DNA of 64,000 bases from Abditibacterium sp. (GTDB taxonomy: Bacteria > Armatimonadota > Abditibacteriia > Abditibacteriales > Abditibacteriaceae): assembly GCA_965199495.1 (NCBI GenBank), contig CBDASK010000003.1, positions 32,001-96,000 on the forward strand, in the 5' to 3' direction. Made by a program: the position numbers and the translations under genes. The first letter of the stretch is position 1, and each line of letters opens with the position of its first letter. This document shows positions 1 through 10,803 of the stretch, piece after piece. The notes beneath the pieces are model-generated. The model worked only from the letters and a program-made list of their open reading frames with translations. It was not told the DNA's origin and made no database searches.

Positions 1-1215
1 CCCGGAAGTCGCGGGCACTTTGCCGTCGAAATATTTGTGCAGCATCACCAAGGCGCGCTGCAAAGTGTTGCCTAAGCCGTTGGCCAAATCGGAATTGTAG
101 CGGTTGATGCAGCCCATTTTCGAGAAATCGCCGTCGGCGCCAAAGGTCACTTCGCTCAGCGAATAATAACGTAATGCATCCACGCCGATCTCGAAATCGG
201 CGCCCGCCGCATCGGCGATGCTCTGGCTAAAAGCAACCGGCTCGACGATGGTTTCTGGATCGCGCTTGCCAATTTTCTTGCCGTCCACCGTCCAAAAACC
301 GTGCGAAAACAGTTCGCGCGGCAACTCCAAATCCAAAGCCATCAACAGCGCGGGCCACAAAGTCGCGTGAAATCTGGTGAAGATGTCTTTGCTCATCAAC
401 TGCAAATCGGGCGGCCACAACGTCTCGAAACGCGCCGCGATTTGCGGCTCTTTGGAGCCATAACCGGGCGCCGTCGCGTAGTTTAAAAGCGCATCGGGAA
501 ACCAGACGTAAACGACGTGGCCTTCGTGTTCGGGCACGCCAGCGGGAATCGGAATACCCCAATCTTGGACGCGCGAAATCGAGGTATCGAACAGTCCGCT
601 TTCGATGAATTTATAAACTTCGTTGCGCCGCGCGACGGGCCGCAGCATTCCGGGATGCGCGTTGTAATAATCCAATAACGGCTTTTCAAAACGCGACAAT
701 TCAAAGAAATGTCCGTTCTCCTCGACCCATTCGAGCGGCGCTTTGCTCTGGTCTTGCGTCGGGTTTTTGATATAGTGCGCGCCGTCGCGTTCTTCGACAT
801 CTTCGCCCCGGAAAAACGTTTCGTCGGGCACCGAATACCAGCCCGAATAAGGCGCTAATTTGAGATAGCCGCCGTCCCACAATTGCTGCACGACTTCCTG
901 CACGCGGTCGCGATGGCGCGGCTCGGTCGTGCGAATGAAATCGTCGTAGGAAATGTTGAGTTTCTTCCAGACTTCGATGAACTGCGCCGCCAATTCGTCG
1001 CAAAACGCGAGCGGGTCTTTGTTCTGCGCCGCAGCCACGCGCGCGACCTTGAGCGCGTTTTCGTCCGTCCCGGTCAGAAAATAGACCTCGCGCCCGCGCA
1101 ACCGCTCGAATCTGGCGCGCGCGTCGGCGGCGATTTGCGTATAGGCGTGGCCGACGTGCGGCGTCGAGTTGATATAATAAATCGGCGTGGTGATGAAAAA
1201 CGGTTTCTCAGTCAT
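1..1215 (-). CDS. metG: Methionine--tRNA ligase (3' end runs off the window)
   Basis: Manual minus-strand translation from ATG at 1215: MTEKPFFITTPIYYINSTPHVGHAY (HIGH-like), FLTGTDEN, YDDFIRTT, YSGWYSV; later HGFWTVDGKKIGK. Absent from the ORF track because it is truncated. Confidence 0.95.
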   Translation of the reverse strand, partial: MTEKPFFITTPIYYINSTPHVGHAYTQIAADARARFERLRGREVYFLTGTDENALKVARVAAAQNKDPLAFCDELAAQFIEVWKKLNISYDDFIRTTEPRHRDRVQEVVQQLWDGGYLKLAPYSGWYSVPDETFFRGEDVEERDGAHYIKNPTQDQSKAPLEWVEENGHFFELSRFEKPLLDYYNAHPGMLRPVARRNEVYKFIESGLFDTSISRVQDWGIPIPAGVPEHEGHVVYVWFPDALLNYATAPGYGSKEPQIAARFETLWPPDLQLMSKDIFTRFHATLWPALLMALDLELPRELFSHGFWTVDGKKIGKRDPETIVEPVAFSQSIADAAGADFEIGVDALRYYSLSEVTFGADGDFSKMGCINRYNSDLANGLGNTLQRALVMLHKYFDGKVPATSG

Positions 1216-1261
1216 AATTTTTCCGTTCGATTCGCGCGAATTGCGCCCAGACAAAGTCAAA

Positions 1262-1292
1262 AACGCGCGGACATTTTCGATGTCCGCGCGTT
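1262..1292 (-). terminator. Intrinsic terminator after tRNA-Arg
   Basis: 12-bp stem AACGCGCGGACA/TGTCCGCGCGTT ending in a T-run on the minus strand. Confidence 0.7.
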
Positions 1293-1299
1293 GGGTTGA

Positions 1300-1373
<74 letters not shown>

Positions 1374-1406
1374 TTTTTAAACGCCTCTCGTCCGGCGCAA
1401 GAAGAA

Positions 1407-1435
1407 ATTATACCGTGACTTCACAGGTTTGACAA
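1407..1435 (-). promoter_or_regulatory. sigma70-type promoter for tRNA-Arg
   Basis: Minus strand TTGTCA-17 nt-TATAAT, ~34 nt upstream of the tRNA. Confidence 0.75.
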
Positions 1436-1515
1436 CCCCTTTTTGGAAAATTTCGGATATGTTACAAAAGAGCAGCTTTAGTTCAACAACAGAACCCTGA
1501 GCAATTCCTAAAATA

Positions 1516-2286
1516 TCATTTCCCAATCCAACCGCGTAGCGCCGCCGCTTCGCGCGCCAATAGCGCCGGATCGTCGTTGGGCACGAACTCCAACAGCAGC
1601 CACCGCGTGCCGCCGATTTGTCGCAACTCTTCGATGTAACGCGGCCAACTCGCGCTTTGCGATAGCGGCAAACGTTGGCGTTTGCCCTCGGCGTCATCGG
1701 CCCATTCGTAGACGTGAACGTTAGTCAAATAAGGCGCAACTGCCAGTAGTGCGGCCACGTTTTCTTCGGTTTGCGCCTCGAAATTCGGGCCGCGCCGTAG
1801 CGGTTGCCACAACGTCGCGAGTTGCGCTGACCCACCCGATTGCATCAAACGTAGCGCGCTGGCGCCGCTCGAAGTTAGGGTGCCGCCGTGAAATTCGGTG
1901 GCGACTTGCACATTCGCCTCGCGTGCCATCGCCGTGGCTGCCCTCAAGCGCTCACTGGTTTGCGTCCAATCGTCGCGCGTGGATTCGCGCGCGTCCACTT
2001 TGCCGGGCCATACGCGAATTAAAGGCGCGCGCATCGCCAGAGCCGCTTCCAAAATTGGCTCGAACGGCGTATCGTCGCAGCGCCAATACGAGCCGTAAGC
2101 GGCGATTTCCAATCCGGCATCGCGCGTCATCTGACCGACTTCGCGCGCGTTTTCCAAATTGTCAGGCGGCGCGTGAATATCGGCGCCCCACTCGATGCCT
2201 TCGAGTTGGGATTGAACACACGCGGAAATAATGTCGCGCGGCGAGAGCGCGCGAAAAGTAATGGAAACCAAACCGGAGTGAAGCAT
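1516..2286 (-). CDS. Sugar phosphate isomerase/epimerase (xylose isomerase-like TIM barrel)
   Basis: MLHSGLVSITFR..GIEWGADIH..IRVWPG..EFHGGTLT..NVHVYEW..LLEFV; start trimmed from the over-extended 542 aa ORF. Confidence 0.85.
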   Translation of the reverse strand: MLHSGLVSITFRALSPRDIISACVQSQLEGIEWGADIHAPPDNLENAREVGQMTRDAGLEIAAYGSYWRCDDTPFEPILEAALAMRAPLIRVWPGKVDARESTRDDWTQTSERLRAATAMAREANVQVATEFHGGTLTSSGASALRLMQSGGSAQLATLWQPLRRGPNFEAQTEENVAALLAVAPYLTNVHVYEWADDAEGKRQRLPLSQSASWPRYIEELRQIGGTRWLLLEFVPNDDPALLAREAAALRGWIGK

Positions 2287-2442
2287 AATTATGGGAACTC
2301 TTAATTTTACCAAGCCCGGCGAATTTTGGGCGTCTCGTTCTGGAGAAATCGAAGGGAAGACGGAAATTCCTAAAAATGTCGGATTTTTCTCTGGACTGAA
2401 CCGGCTCCGCGCGTTATCCTTGGATTTGCTCCAATTTTCAAC

Positions 2443-3435
2443 ATGAAACAACTCAATATCGGATTCATCGGCGTCGGCGGCATCGCGCAACTGCACCTCG
2501 ACCATCTCAAGCAAATGGAAGGCGCTAACATTAGCGCGGTCTGCGACACCTTCGAGGATCGAGCCAAAGAAGTCGGCGAAAAGTTCGACGCCGCTTCTTA
2601 CAGCGACTACAAAAAGATGATCGCCGAGCAGAAACTCGACGCCTGTTACGTCTGCATCATTCCGGGAGTTCACGGCACGACCGAACTCGATCTGGTCAAT
2701 GCGGGCATTCCGTTTTTCTTGGAAAAACCGGTTCATCTCGAACTCGATGCTTGCCAGAAAGTTTTGGACGCGCTGGAAAAGAAGCCGCTCATCAACGCCG
2801 TCGGTTATCACTGGCGCTATGGCGCGGGCGTGCAGGCCGCGCATAATTTCATGAAAGATAAACGGGCGTCTTACATCGAAGGCCATTGGTATGGCGGTTT
2901 CGTGGGCGCGCCGTGGTGGCGTCAAATGGCGCTTTCGGGCGGCCAGTTGGTCGAGCAAACCACGCATATCGTGGACATGGCGCGCTTTGTGGCGGGCGAA
3001 GTCAACACGGTTTACGCCGCCGGTTCGACGGGCGCCATGACCGACAAAGAGAACTACGACATTCACGACGTTTCGATTGCGACGATGAAATTTGAGTCGG
3101 GCGCCGTCGGCAACATCGTGTCGGGCTGCATCGCCGAAAAACACGGCGGCAACGAAACCGGTTTAACCGTGAAGGGCCGCAATTTCCAGATTTTCGCCAA
3201 CGAAAACAGCGCGAAGTGGGAAAGCGAAAACAGCAGCGACGAAATCCGTCAGGCGCCCAAGCACAAACATCTGCACAACTCCGGCGACGACGCTTTCATC
3301 GAAGCGTTGCGGACGGACAATCAAAGCGTCATTTTATCCGATTATCGCAGCGGCGTGCAGACTTTGGCGATTACTTTGGCCGCGAACGAATCAATGGAAA
3401 ACGGTCAGGAAATCGCCGTTCGCCGTTTTGTTTAA
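2443..3435 (+). CDS. Gfo/Idh/MocA family oxidoreductase
   Basis: GFIGVGGIA Rossmann motif, FLEKP, GGQLVEQTTHIVD. Confidence 0.92.
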   Translation: MKQLNIGFIGVGGIAQLHLDHLKQMEGANISAVCDTFEDRAKEVGEKFDAASYSDYKKMIAEQKLDACYVCIIPGVHGTTELDLVNAGIPFFLEKPVHLELDACQKVLDALEKKPLINAVGYHWRYGAGVQAAHNFMKDKRASYIEGHWYGGFVGAPWWRQMALSGGQLVEQTTHIVDMARFVAGEVNTVYAAGSTGAMTDKENYDIHDVSIATMKFESGAVGNIVSGCIAEKHGGNETGLTVKGRNFQIFANENSAKWESENSSDEIRQAPKHKHLHNSGDDAFIEALRTDNQSVILSDYRSGVQTLAITLAANESMENGQEIAVRRFV

Positions 3436-3442
3436 GTTTTGA

Positions 3443-3575
3443 ATTAGCCACAGAGGGCGCAGAGGGGCACAGAGAACGAAGAAATTAAAAAGTAAAAGCG
3501 AAACTATAAAAATTAGTTCTTCACCTTTTAATTTCTTCGTTTTCTCTGTGCCCCTCTGCGCCCTCTGTGGCTAAT
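3443..3575. repeat. Long palindromic REP-like element between convergent genes
   Basis: ATTAGCCACAGAGGGCGCAGAGGGGCACAGAGAA...TTCTCTGTGCCCCTCTGCGCCCTCTGTGGCTAAT, with further imperfect inner pairing. Confidence 0.85.
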
Positions 3576-5664
3576 CAAACATTTTATCCGCATCCGTTGT
3601 CGGCGCCTGACAGGCGAAGTTTTGGCACACGTAAGCCGTCGGTTTGCCGCCAATTTGCTTCATTTCACGCATCCATTCCTGACGGCTGGCGAAAAATTCG
3701 CGGCCCTTTTCGTCCAACAAAATCGTGGTGCGAAACGGCGCAAATCCGGCGCGTGCGGTTTCGATTAAGGCACGCGATTCGTCGAGTTCGCCGACGATGA
3801 CGACGTGTTGCGGCGCCTCGTCGAGTAGCATTTGACCGCGCAACAACAACGGCATCGCCGAGGGAATCGCGCTCAGGCGCGACGCGAAAGCGGCGGACGT
3901 GCGCGCGGCTTTGTCGCGCCAATAGTCGCGGCCTAAAACGTGAAACAGGCGCGCGCCGACTTCGGTCGCCAGTGCGCTGGCCGAAGGTTCGGCGCCATCG
4001 TAATCTTCTTTGAAGCGCACCAAAATATTCGGGTCGGGCGAACTGTTGAAGAACGCGCCGTTTTGTTCGTCCCAAAACAGTTCGCTCATGCGGTCGGCCA
4101 ACTGCTGCGCGCGATGCAGCCACGTCGTCTCGAAAGTCGCGTCGTATAAGTCCAGACAGGCGCGCGACAACGCGGCGTAATCGTCGCAAAACGCGGGAAT
4201 GTCGGCGGCGCCGTCTTTCCAGTGGCGCTTGAGGTTTTCGCCGTCCCACAGTTCAGCCAAAATAAAATCGGCGGCGCCCACAGCGGCTCGCACGTAACGC
4301 TCGTTTTGCAGCGCAATTCCCGCACGCGCGAAAGCCGAAATCATCAGTCCGTTCCACGCCACGATGATTTTATCGTCGCGATGCGGACGCGGACGATTTT
4401 TGCGCGCGTCGAACAAAACCTCGCGCGCGTTTTCCAATTTTTCCAAAACTTGGCGCAAAGTCACGCCGTTCATTTTGGCGATAACCGGCAGTTCGCCGTT
4501 CTCGAATAAAATGTTCTTGCCCTTAAACTCGCCGTGCGGATCACCTTCGCGCGGCGCGTTGCCTTCGGGCGTGACGCCGTAATAATCACAAAAAATCTGC
4601 GCGTCGGGTTGCGGCAATAAATCGTTAATCTCCGATTTGTGCCACACATAAAACGCCCCTTCTTCTTTTATTAAAGCGTTCGGTCGCGGCAATGAATCGG
4701 CGTCTTCAGCGGCATAGAAGCCGCCGTCTATATGCGACATATCGCGCCAGATATAACTCAATACTTTTTCCACGGATTGAGCGTAATAGTCTTCGCCCGA
4801 AATCTGATACATCTCGGCCAGGCTAATCGCCAATTGCGCCTGATCGTAGAGCATCTTCTCGAAGTGCGAGACGACCCAATATTGATCCACGCTATAACGA
4901 TGATAGCCGCCGCCCAGTTGGTCGTTCATACCGCGGTCGGTCATCATGCGCAACGTGTTTTCGCTCATCAGACGCGCGGTTTCGTCGCCACTGCGCGCGT
5001 AAAATGCGTGCAAAAAGTCGTGAACGACCGGGCGCGGAAACTTGGGCGCATTGCCAAAACCCGCCCATTCTTCGTCGTAACTGTCGCGTAATTGCGCGTT
5101 ACAGGCTTGATAAATCGCGTCCCAATCTATTTTGTTGTGGGGCGCGCTTTCTATTTCGGTAAATTGCGCCAGAGCATTTAAAGAGGAGCCAGCCGCTTCG
5201 AGAACTTTGGCGTGGTCTTCGCGCCATGCTTTGCTCAGCGAACGCAGCAAACTGGGAAAGCCGGGGCGTCCATAACCATCTTCGGGCGGATAATAGGTGC
5301 CGCCGTAAAACGGTTTCAAATCGGGCGTCAGAAAAACCGACATCGGCCAGCCGCCCTGCCCGCGATTGGCGAGCATCACGAAGTTCATATAGAGCTTGTC
5401 CACATCGGGCCGCTCTTCGCGGTCAACTTTGATGTTGACGAAATTTTCGTTCATCAACGCGGCGGTTTCCGGGTTCTCGAACGATTCGCGCTCCATGACG
5501 TGACACCAATGGCAAGTCGAATAGCCGACGCTGAGAAAGATCGGTTTATTTTCGGCGCGCGCCTTGGCAAACGCGGCTTCGCCCCAGGCGAACCATTCGA
5601 CGGGATTATGCGCGTGCTGCAACAGATAGGGCGATTTTTCATCGGCCAGAGAATTGGAAAACAT
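3571..5664 (-). CDS. Thioredoxin domain-containing protein, YyaL/SPATA20 family
   Basis: [39 protein letters not shown]. Confidence 0.93.
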   Translation of the reverse strand: MFSNSLADEKSPYLLQHAHNPVEWFAWGEAAFAKARAENKPIFLSVGYSTCHWCHVMERESFENPETAALMNENFVNIKVDREERPDVDKLYMNFVMLANRGQGGWPMSVFLTPDLKPFYGGTYYPPEDGYGRPGFPSLLRSLSKAWREDHAKVLEAAGSSLNALAQFTEIESAPHNKIDWDAIYQACNAQLRDSYDEEWAGFGNAPKFPRPVVHDFLHAFYARSGDETARLMSENTLRMMTDRGMNDQLGGGYHRYSVDQYWVVSHFEKMLYDQAQLAISLAEMYQISGEDYYAQSVEKVLSYIWRDMSHIDGGFYAAEDADSLPRPNALIKEEGAFYVWHKSEINDLLPQPDAQIFCDYYGVTPEGNAPREGDPHGEFKGKNILFENGELPVIAKMNGVTLRQVLEKLENAREVLFDARKNRPRPHRDDKIIVAWNGLMISAFARAGIALQNERYVRAAVGAADFILAELWDGENLKRHWKDGAADIPAFCDDYAALSRACLDLYDATFETTWLHRAQQLADRMSELFWDEQNGAFFNSSPDPNILVRFKEDYDGAEPSASALATEVGARLFHVLGRDYWRDKAARTSAAFASRLSAIPSAMPLLLRGQMLLDEAPQHVVIVGELDESRALIETARAGFAPFRTTILLDEKGREFFASRQEWMREMKQIGGKPTAYVCQNFACQAPTTDADKMFD

Positions 5665-5767
5665 GAACCAAAGTATGCGGCGAATTTGGGGCCGAACGAA
5701 AATCGCAAAAAGTGAACGCCGAGATTTCCATCTTTATCCTTTCGCCTTCATCCTTTATCCTTTCCTC

Positions 5768-6991
5768 GTGTCTATTTCAATTGAAACGATTCCCAATCGC
5801 GGTCTGACTGCACCCGATGGGTTTGAGGCGGGTGCCGCGCGCGGCGAAATCAAAACCCTCGGCCCCGACGTGGCTGTGTTGCTGGCGGCGCCAGCAGCCA
5901 CGGCGGCGGCGGTTTTTACCACCAATCGCGTCAAAGCAGCGCCGATTCTGGTTTCGGCGCGCCATCTGCAAAGCGGCGCGCCGCGCGCGATTATCGTCAA
6001 TGCGGGCAACGCCAATTGTTGCACCGGAGCGCGCGGGTTAGAAAACGCGAGCAAAATGGCGAGTTTGGCGGCGGATAAATTGGGAGTTCAAACCAGCGAA
6101 GTTCTGGTTTGTTCGACGGGAATTATCGGCCATCAATTGCCGCTCGAAAAAGTCGAAAGTGCCATCGGCCAAATCGAATTGCGACGTGGCGCGGCGACCG
6201 ATGAAGCCACGGCACGCGCGTTTATGACGACCGATTTGGTGCCGAAATTTTGCGCCGCGCGCGCGCAAATCGGCGGAAAAACGGTGACTGTCGGCGGTCA
6301 GGCCAAAGGCGTCGGCATGATTGGCCCGGCGCTGGCGCCTTTAACTTTGCACGCGACGATGTTGGCGTTTTTGACGACCGACGCACAAATCGAGCGCGCG
6401 CGTTTGCAACAGTTGCTGGAACGCGTCGTGGCGCGCTCATTCAATTCGGTCACGGTTGATGGCGACACTTCGACCAACGACACCGCGATTTTGCTGGCGT
6501 CGGGGCAAAGCGGCGTCGCGATTGACGACCAAAACGAAGGCGAGTTTCTGCAACTACTGAGTTCCGTTTGCACGACGTTGGCCAAGAAAATCGCGCGCGA
6601 TGGCGAGGGCGCGGAGCATCTCATCGAAATTCAAGTCGCGGGCGCGGCGACTGAAAACGACGCGCAAAAAATCGCGTTGACCATCGCCAATTCGCCTTTG
6701 GTGAAGACGGCGATTTTTGGCCGCGACCCCAACTGGGGCCGCATCGCGATGGCGGCGGGGCGCGCGGGCGTCGCGTTCGATGCGGCCAAACTTTCGTTTT
6801 CGCTGGGCGGCGTGCCGATGTTCCATAAAGGCGAGCCGCTCGATTTCGACTTGAAAGAGGCTGAAGCTGCTTTAGAAAACGAGAACGTAACTATCGCTTT
6901 AACGTTGGGCGAAGGCGGCGCCAGTTGGACGGCATGGACGTGCGATTTTTCTTACGAATACGTGAAAATCAACGCGGAGTATCATACCTAA
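5768..6991 (+). CDS. argJ: Ornithine acetyltransferase ArgJ
   Basis: [62 protein letters not shown]; probable GTG start at 5768. Confidence 0.95.
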   Translation: MSISIETIPNRGLTAPDGFEAGAARGEIKTLGPDVAVLLAAPAATAAAVFTTNRVKAAPILVSARHLQSGAPRAIIVNAGNANCCTGARGLENASKMASLAADKLGVQTSEVLVCSTGIIGHQLPLEKVESAIGQIELRRGAATDEATARAFMTTDLVPKFCAARAQIGGKTVTVGGQAKGVGMIGPALAPLTLHATMLAFLTTDAQIERARLQQLLERVVARSFNSVTVDGDTSTNDTAILLASGQSGVAIDDQNEGEFLQLLSSVCTTLAKKIARDGEGAEHLIEIQVAGAATENDAQKIALTIANSPLVKTAIFGRDPNWGRIAMAAGRAGVAFDAAKLSFSLGGVPMFHKGEPLDFDLKEAEAALENENVTIALTLGEGGASWTAWTCDFSYEYVKINAEYHT

Positions 6992-7025
6992 ACTTGGCCC
7001 CCGATTGGCAAAATCGGGCGGTCTT

Positions 7026-7529
7026 ATGTTTGGAAAAACTTCGATGGAAAGCCACGCCAAAGTGGCCGGTCACCCGTTGCATCCGATTTTGGTCGCGTTG
7101 CCGTTGGGCCTGTTGATGACTTCGCTGATTTTCGATTTTCGCGCCAAAAAGCGGCTCGATTCGACCGACGGCAAAATCGCGCGTGCGCTGATTGGCGCGG
7201 GCGTTTTGTCGGGCTTGGCGGCGGCGGTTCCCGGCATGGTTGACTGGCTCCATATCTCCGATAACTCGCGCGCCAAAGGCATCGGTTTGGTGCATGGCGG
7301 CGGCAACGTCGTCGCGCTGGCGCTGTTTGCGCTCAGTTGGAAGAAGCGTCGGCCCAACGAAACGCAGCCCGACACGAGCGCCGTGGCTCTCTCGGTGCTG
7401 GGCAGCGCGATTTTGGGTTTGACCGGTTGGCTGGGCGGCGAAATGGTTTATCGTTTGGGCATCGGCGTCGATCCGGGCGCCAATCCCGATGCGCCCAACT
7501 CGCTGATAGCTGGCGCTGATAAAATTTAA
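7026..7529 (+). CDS. DUF2231-type membrane protein
   Basis: GHPLHPILVALPLG, HGGGN, GWLGGEMVYRLGIGV; start uncertain (7005/7026/7044). Confidence 0.8.
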   Translation: MFGKTSMESHAKVAGHPLHPILVALPLGLLMTSLIFDFRAKKRLDSTDGKIARALIGAGVLSGLAAAVPGMVDWLHISDNSRAKGIGLVHGGGNVVALALFALSWKKRRPNETQPDTSAVALSVLGSAILGLTGWLGGEMVYRLGIGVDPGANPDAPNSLIAGADKI

Positions 7530-7533
7530 TCCG

Positions 7534-8268
7534 ATGATTGCACTTCAATTTTATACCGTCCGCGACGCGTTCGCGGCAGACCCCATCGGCACGCTCGAAC
7601 GCGTGGCGCAAATCGGCTATCCCGGCATCGAAATCGGCGCCAAAAACTCGGATGCCGTCGTCGCAAAAATCCAAGAGTTGGGTTTATCTGTTGTCAGCGC
7701 GGGCGTGGGAATCGAGGCGTTGCGCGACGATTTCGCGGGCACCATCGAGGGCGCCAAAGCTCTCGACACTTCGTTTCTGATGCTGGGTTACGTGAGCGAA
7801 GAGTATCGCGGCTCGGCGGAGAAATGGCGCCAAACCGCCGCTATGCTCGAAGGGTTCGGCCAAAAGGCACACGAAGCCGGATTGACGCTGTGCTATCACA
7901 ATCACGACTTTGAATTGAAAGAGAATTTCGACGGCAAAACGGGTCTGGAGATTCTATTCGAGAACGCCGACCCGCAATATCTGCAAGCGGAACTCGACGT
8001 TTACTGGATTCAAAAGGGCGGCGGCTCGCCTGTCGAAATCATTGGCCGCTACGCGAATCGTCTGCCGCTTCTCCATTGCAAAGATATGATGCCCGACGGC
8101 ACTTTTGGCGAAGTCGGCGAAGGCATTTTGGATTGGCCCGCCATCTTCGAGGCCGCGAAAAAGGCGAACGTCCTGCACTATATCGTCGAGCAGGACAGTT
8201 GCCCCGGCGATCCGTTCGATTCCATTGCGACTTCGCTTCGTAATCTGAAACAAATGGGTGTGGCTTAG
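7534..8268 (+). CDS. Sugar phosphate isomerase/epimerase
   Basis: YHNHDFE, ELDVYW, LHCKD, IVEQD. Confidence 0.9.
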   Translation: MIALQFYTVRDAFAADPIGTLERVAQIGYPGIEIGAKNSDAVVAKIQELGLSVVSAGVGIEALRDDFAGTIEGAKALDTSFLMLGYVSEEYRGSAEKWRQTAAMLEGFGQKAHEAGLTLCYHNHDFELKENFDGKTGLEILFENADPQYLQAELDVYWIQKGGGSPVEIIGRYANRLPLLHCKDMMPDGTFGEVGEGILDWPAIFEAAKKANVLHYIVEQDSCPGDPFDSIATSLRNLKQMGVA

Positions 8269-8273
8269 CTTCG

Positions 8274-8346
8274 ATTTCAGCCGCGAAAAAGCACAAAAAG
8301 AACTTCGCAACAAGTCGCTCTTTTTGTACTTTTTCGCGGCTGAAAT
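8274..8346. repeat. Palindrome between convergent genes (REP-like or bidirectional terminator)
   Basis: ATTTCAGCCGCGAAAAAGCACAAAAAGA...TCTTTTTGTACTTTTTCGCGGCTGAAAT. Confidence 0.7.
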
Positions 8347-8347
8347 T

Positions 8348-9277
8348 TCATAACGAAGCCAATTCCTGCCACAATCCACTGTTTTGCGATTCGTCCCATT
8401 CGGTGCGCACACGGCCCAGCAAATACGAAACGCGTTTATCTCCGTAGGCTTTGAACGCTTCGATGGATTCGGGTTCTTTCTTGCCGAAACACTGCGCGCA
8501 GATTTGCGCCAAAACTTCGCGGTCTTGCATTTCGCCCAGCAAGTCTTGCATCGCGACTAATTTGGCGACTTGACTTTTGACATCGCCGCCATAGCAAACC
8601 GCGAACGTTTCGAGTGTATAGCGCACGCGGCGAATCGCCTTGCGCAAATCGTGATGCGCTTCGGCACCGGCGCCCGGCTCCAAAGCACGGGCGTGCTGGC
8701 GCACCTCATCCAAACGGCGCGGCAAAATCAGATGCGCCGCCGTATCGAGCGAGATCGTCGCGCCATCGGCGGCGGGCAAACCCAGCGCCCAGCGCGCGAA
8801 TTGTTCGCGCACTTCGCCCATCCCCTGCGCGCACCTGACGCGCTTGACCATCGGCTTGAACGACCTGGCGCGCTGCAATTGCAAATAGCGAACAAATTTA
8901 TCCAAGCCTTCGACCGATTCGGCATCGGCGTCGAGCTTCTTTTTCGCGTAATCGGCGACATATTCGCTCAAAACATCGAAATCGCGCACGCGGCCCAACG
9001 CGTCGCCGATTTCTGAAACATCCGCGCTGCGTTTACGCAATTCGCGGCGCAAATGCGATGAAAGCACTGGAGCCGTTTTTGGCCCCTCGAAATTATTCAT
9101 TGCCGTGCGCAAGCGCCGCAGGTTCACTCGCATATCGTGCAACGCCTCGACATCGCCCGCCGCCGTGGCGTGGCCGTATTGCCAAGCGCTGTTCCATAAA
9201 TAGCCAAAGAGTTGGGAAGCGCCTTGAAGCGCGCTTTCTTCCGCAATTAAGTTCGCCGCTTTTGATATATCTGACAT
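8348..9277 (-). CDS. CHAD domain protein (polyphosphate-binding family)
   Basis: LHDMRVNLRRLR, LGRVRDFDV, HDLRKAIRRVRY, QDLLGEMQD. Confidence 0.9.
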   Translation of the reverse strand: MSDISKAANLIAEESALQGASQLFGYLWNSAWQYGHATAAGDVEALHDMRVNLRRLRTAMNNFEGPKTAPVLSSHLRRELRKRSADVSEIGDALGRVRDFDVLSEYVADYAKKKLDADAESVEGLDKFVRYLQLQRARSFKPMVKRVRCAQGMGEVREQFARWALGLPAADGATISLDTAAHLILPRRLDEVRQHARALEPGAGAEAHHDLRKAIRRVRYTLETFAVCYGGDVKSQVAKLVAMQDLLGEMQDREVLAQICAQCFGKKEPESIEAFKAYGDKRVSYLLGRVRTEWDESQNSGLWQELASL

Positions 9278-9364
9278 ATTTATATTTTATCAGATGGGTT
9301 ATTTGCAACAAAAAAGCGCGCGATTCCAACCGGAGGCGCGCACTTTTTTAGTTGTTCAAATTGC

Positions 9365-9934
9365 TCAGGGAGTCGAAGGCGGAGCATCGGATGTTACGCT
9401 TTCGGGCGAAGATGCGGAAGTGGCAGATGAATCGGTCGTTTCAATGGGCGCGGGCATCATTTTGTTGAGTTGTTCGGCGAAACCCAAAACTTTCTGGCGT
9501 TGGTCACCCAGATTAACAGCCACGTTGAGGTCGGTGGCACCGATTTCCCCTTGCAATCCCGAAGTGTTAGAGCCTTTGACGCTTGATAATGCGGTCGCGG
9601 CCTCTTTCAAATGAGTGTTGGCGGTGCCGAAGTTGCGCGCGTCCAAGTCAATCGCGGTGCGATACAACGCGGCGCGCGTTTCCATCATCGCGCTGCGGTC
9701 GAGCGCGGCATCGCGCGCGGTTTCGGCGGTTTTAACCTGCGATTGCAAGCCGTTGCGTTCGACGCCGAATTTGGCTTCTTGGGCGGCCAGTTGCGCTTTG
9801 CCCGCCATTAGGCCGACGAAGTAGAGCATAACGCCCAACACAAAAACAACCAGAGCGCCGATGAGATACATCTTGACTTTGTCGCCTTTGGCGGGGACGC
9901 CCGTGGGAGCGCCGGAAGAAGAGGGAGATTTCAT
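9365..9934 (-). CDS. Hypothetical protein, single N-terminal TM helix plus coiled coil
   Basis: GAGG-like RBS region, hydrophobic LIGALVVFVLGVMLYFVGL, typical codon usage. Confidence 0.7.
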   Translation of the reverse strand: MKSPSSSGAPTGVPAKGDKVKMYLIGALVVFVLGVMLYFVGLMAGKAQLAAQEAKFGVERNGLQSQVKTAETARDAALDRSAMMETRAALYRTAIDLDARNFGTANTHLKEAATALSSVKGSNTSGLQGEIGATDLNVAVNLGDQRQKVLGFAEQLNKMMPAPIETTDSSATSASSPESVTSDAPPSTP

Positions 9935-9983
9935 TGAGGTTATCTTACTCGAAACTACAAAATATGGATGGAAATGGTTGGCG

Positions 9984-10577
9984 TTAATTCGCCAGATCGA
10001 AAACGTAAATTGTCTCGCCGTTGGGGCCGGTTTGCAATTGGGCCATGCCGCGACTGACCATTTCGCGGGCCGTCGCGTCAGCGACGCCCATGTTTAAATT
10101 GGCGAGATGCGCCAGTTGCGCCGCCGTCACTTGCCAGTGAGGCCGCGTTGACGCCAACTGGCGAATGCGCGATTCGGGCGTTTCGATGGGCGCAACCGTT
10201 ACCGGTGCTTCATCGGTTGATTTCGCGAAAATAGACGACTGAGCTTCGACATTTCGCGGCGCTAAAACCGGTTGCAACGGTTCGGGCATCGGAGCAGCCA
10301 CCGGTTCGGGGACGACATATTGCACCGTTTCGGGAGCGGGTTCGGGTGCCGTGGCTGCTATGGTCGCATTTTCTTCGTTTTGATTGCCCGCGAATAAGAT
10401 ACTGACGCCCAGATAGAGACAAATCGCTCCGGTGACGAAACTCGCCAGAGAGTAAAGCGGGCCAGTGACGAAACCTAAATCGGGCCACAACGTGAAAAAC
10501 CGCACGGAGAATGCGAGAAAAAGCAGGCCGGGCACGACCGCGCAAATCAGACCTAAAAGACGAGAAAAACAGGACAT
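9984..10577 (-). CDS. Hypothetical membrane protein
   Basis: Two N-terminal TM helices, Pro/Ala linker, C-terminal HTH-like segment (VTAAQLAHLANLNMGVA). Confidence 0.7.
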   Translation of the reverse strand: MSCFSRLLGLICAVVPGLLFLAFSVRFFTLWPDLGFVTGPLYSLASFVTGAICLYLGVSILFAGNQNEENATIAATAPEPAPETVQYVVPEPVAAPMPEPLQPVLAPRNVEAQSSIFAKSTDEAPVTVAPIETPESRIRQLASTRPHWQVTAAQLAHLANLNMGVADATAREMVSRGMAQLQTGPNGETIYVFDLAN

Positions 10578-10803
10578 AACGAAAGTTGCGGCAACGAGTG
10601 TTGGCAAATTTGCCACCGCGACGCCAACTTTATTCTGTTTATCAAAACAACATCACAAAAGTAGACGCCAATCCGACAACGCAACCCGCATTTTTCACCC
10701 GCTTGCAACCCGCGCGCGCGAAAAACATCCAATTGTGGGATTTCCAATTGTTGTCTTTCAAAAATGAACTTTTGGTAAGCCCGGTGCATTCACCTGTTTT
10801 TCT

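Noticed and set aside
1216..1299. T-box or SAM riboswitch upstream of metG
   Set aside because: Too short, and no T-box or S-box consensus is visible.
2287..3144. N-terminal extension of the 542 aa ORF 1516..3144
   Set aside because: It is antisense to the Gfo/Idh/MocA gene; the recognisable protein starts at 2286.
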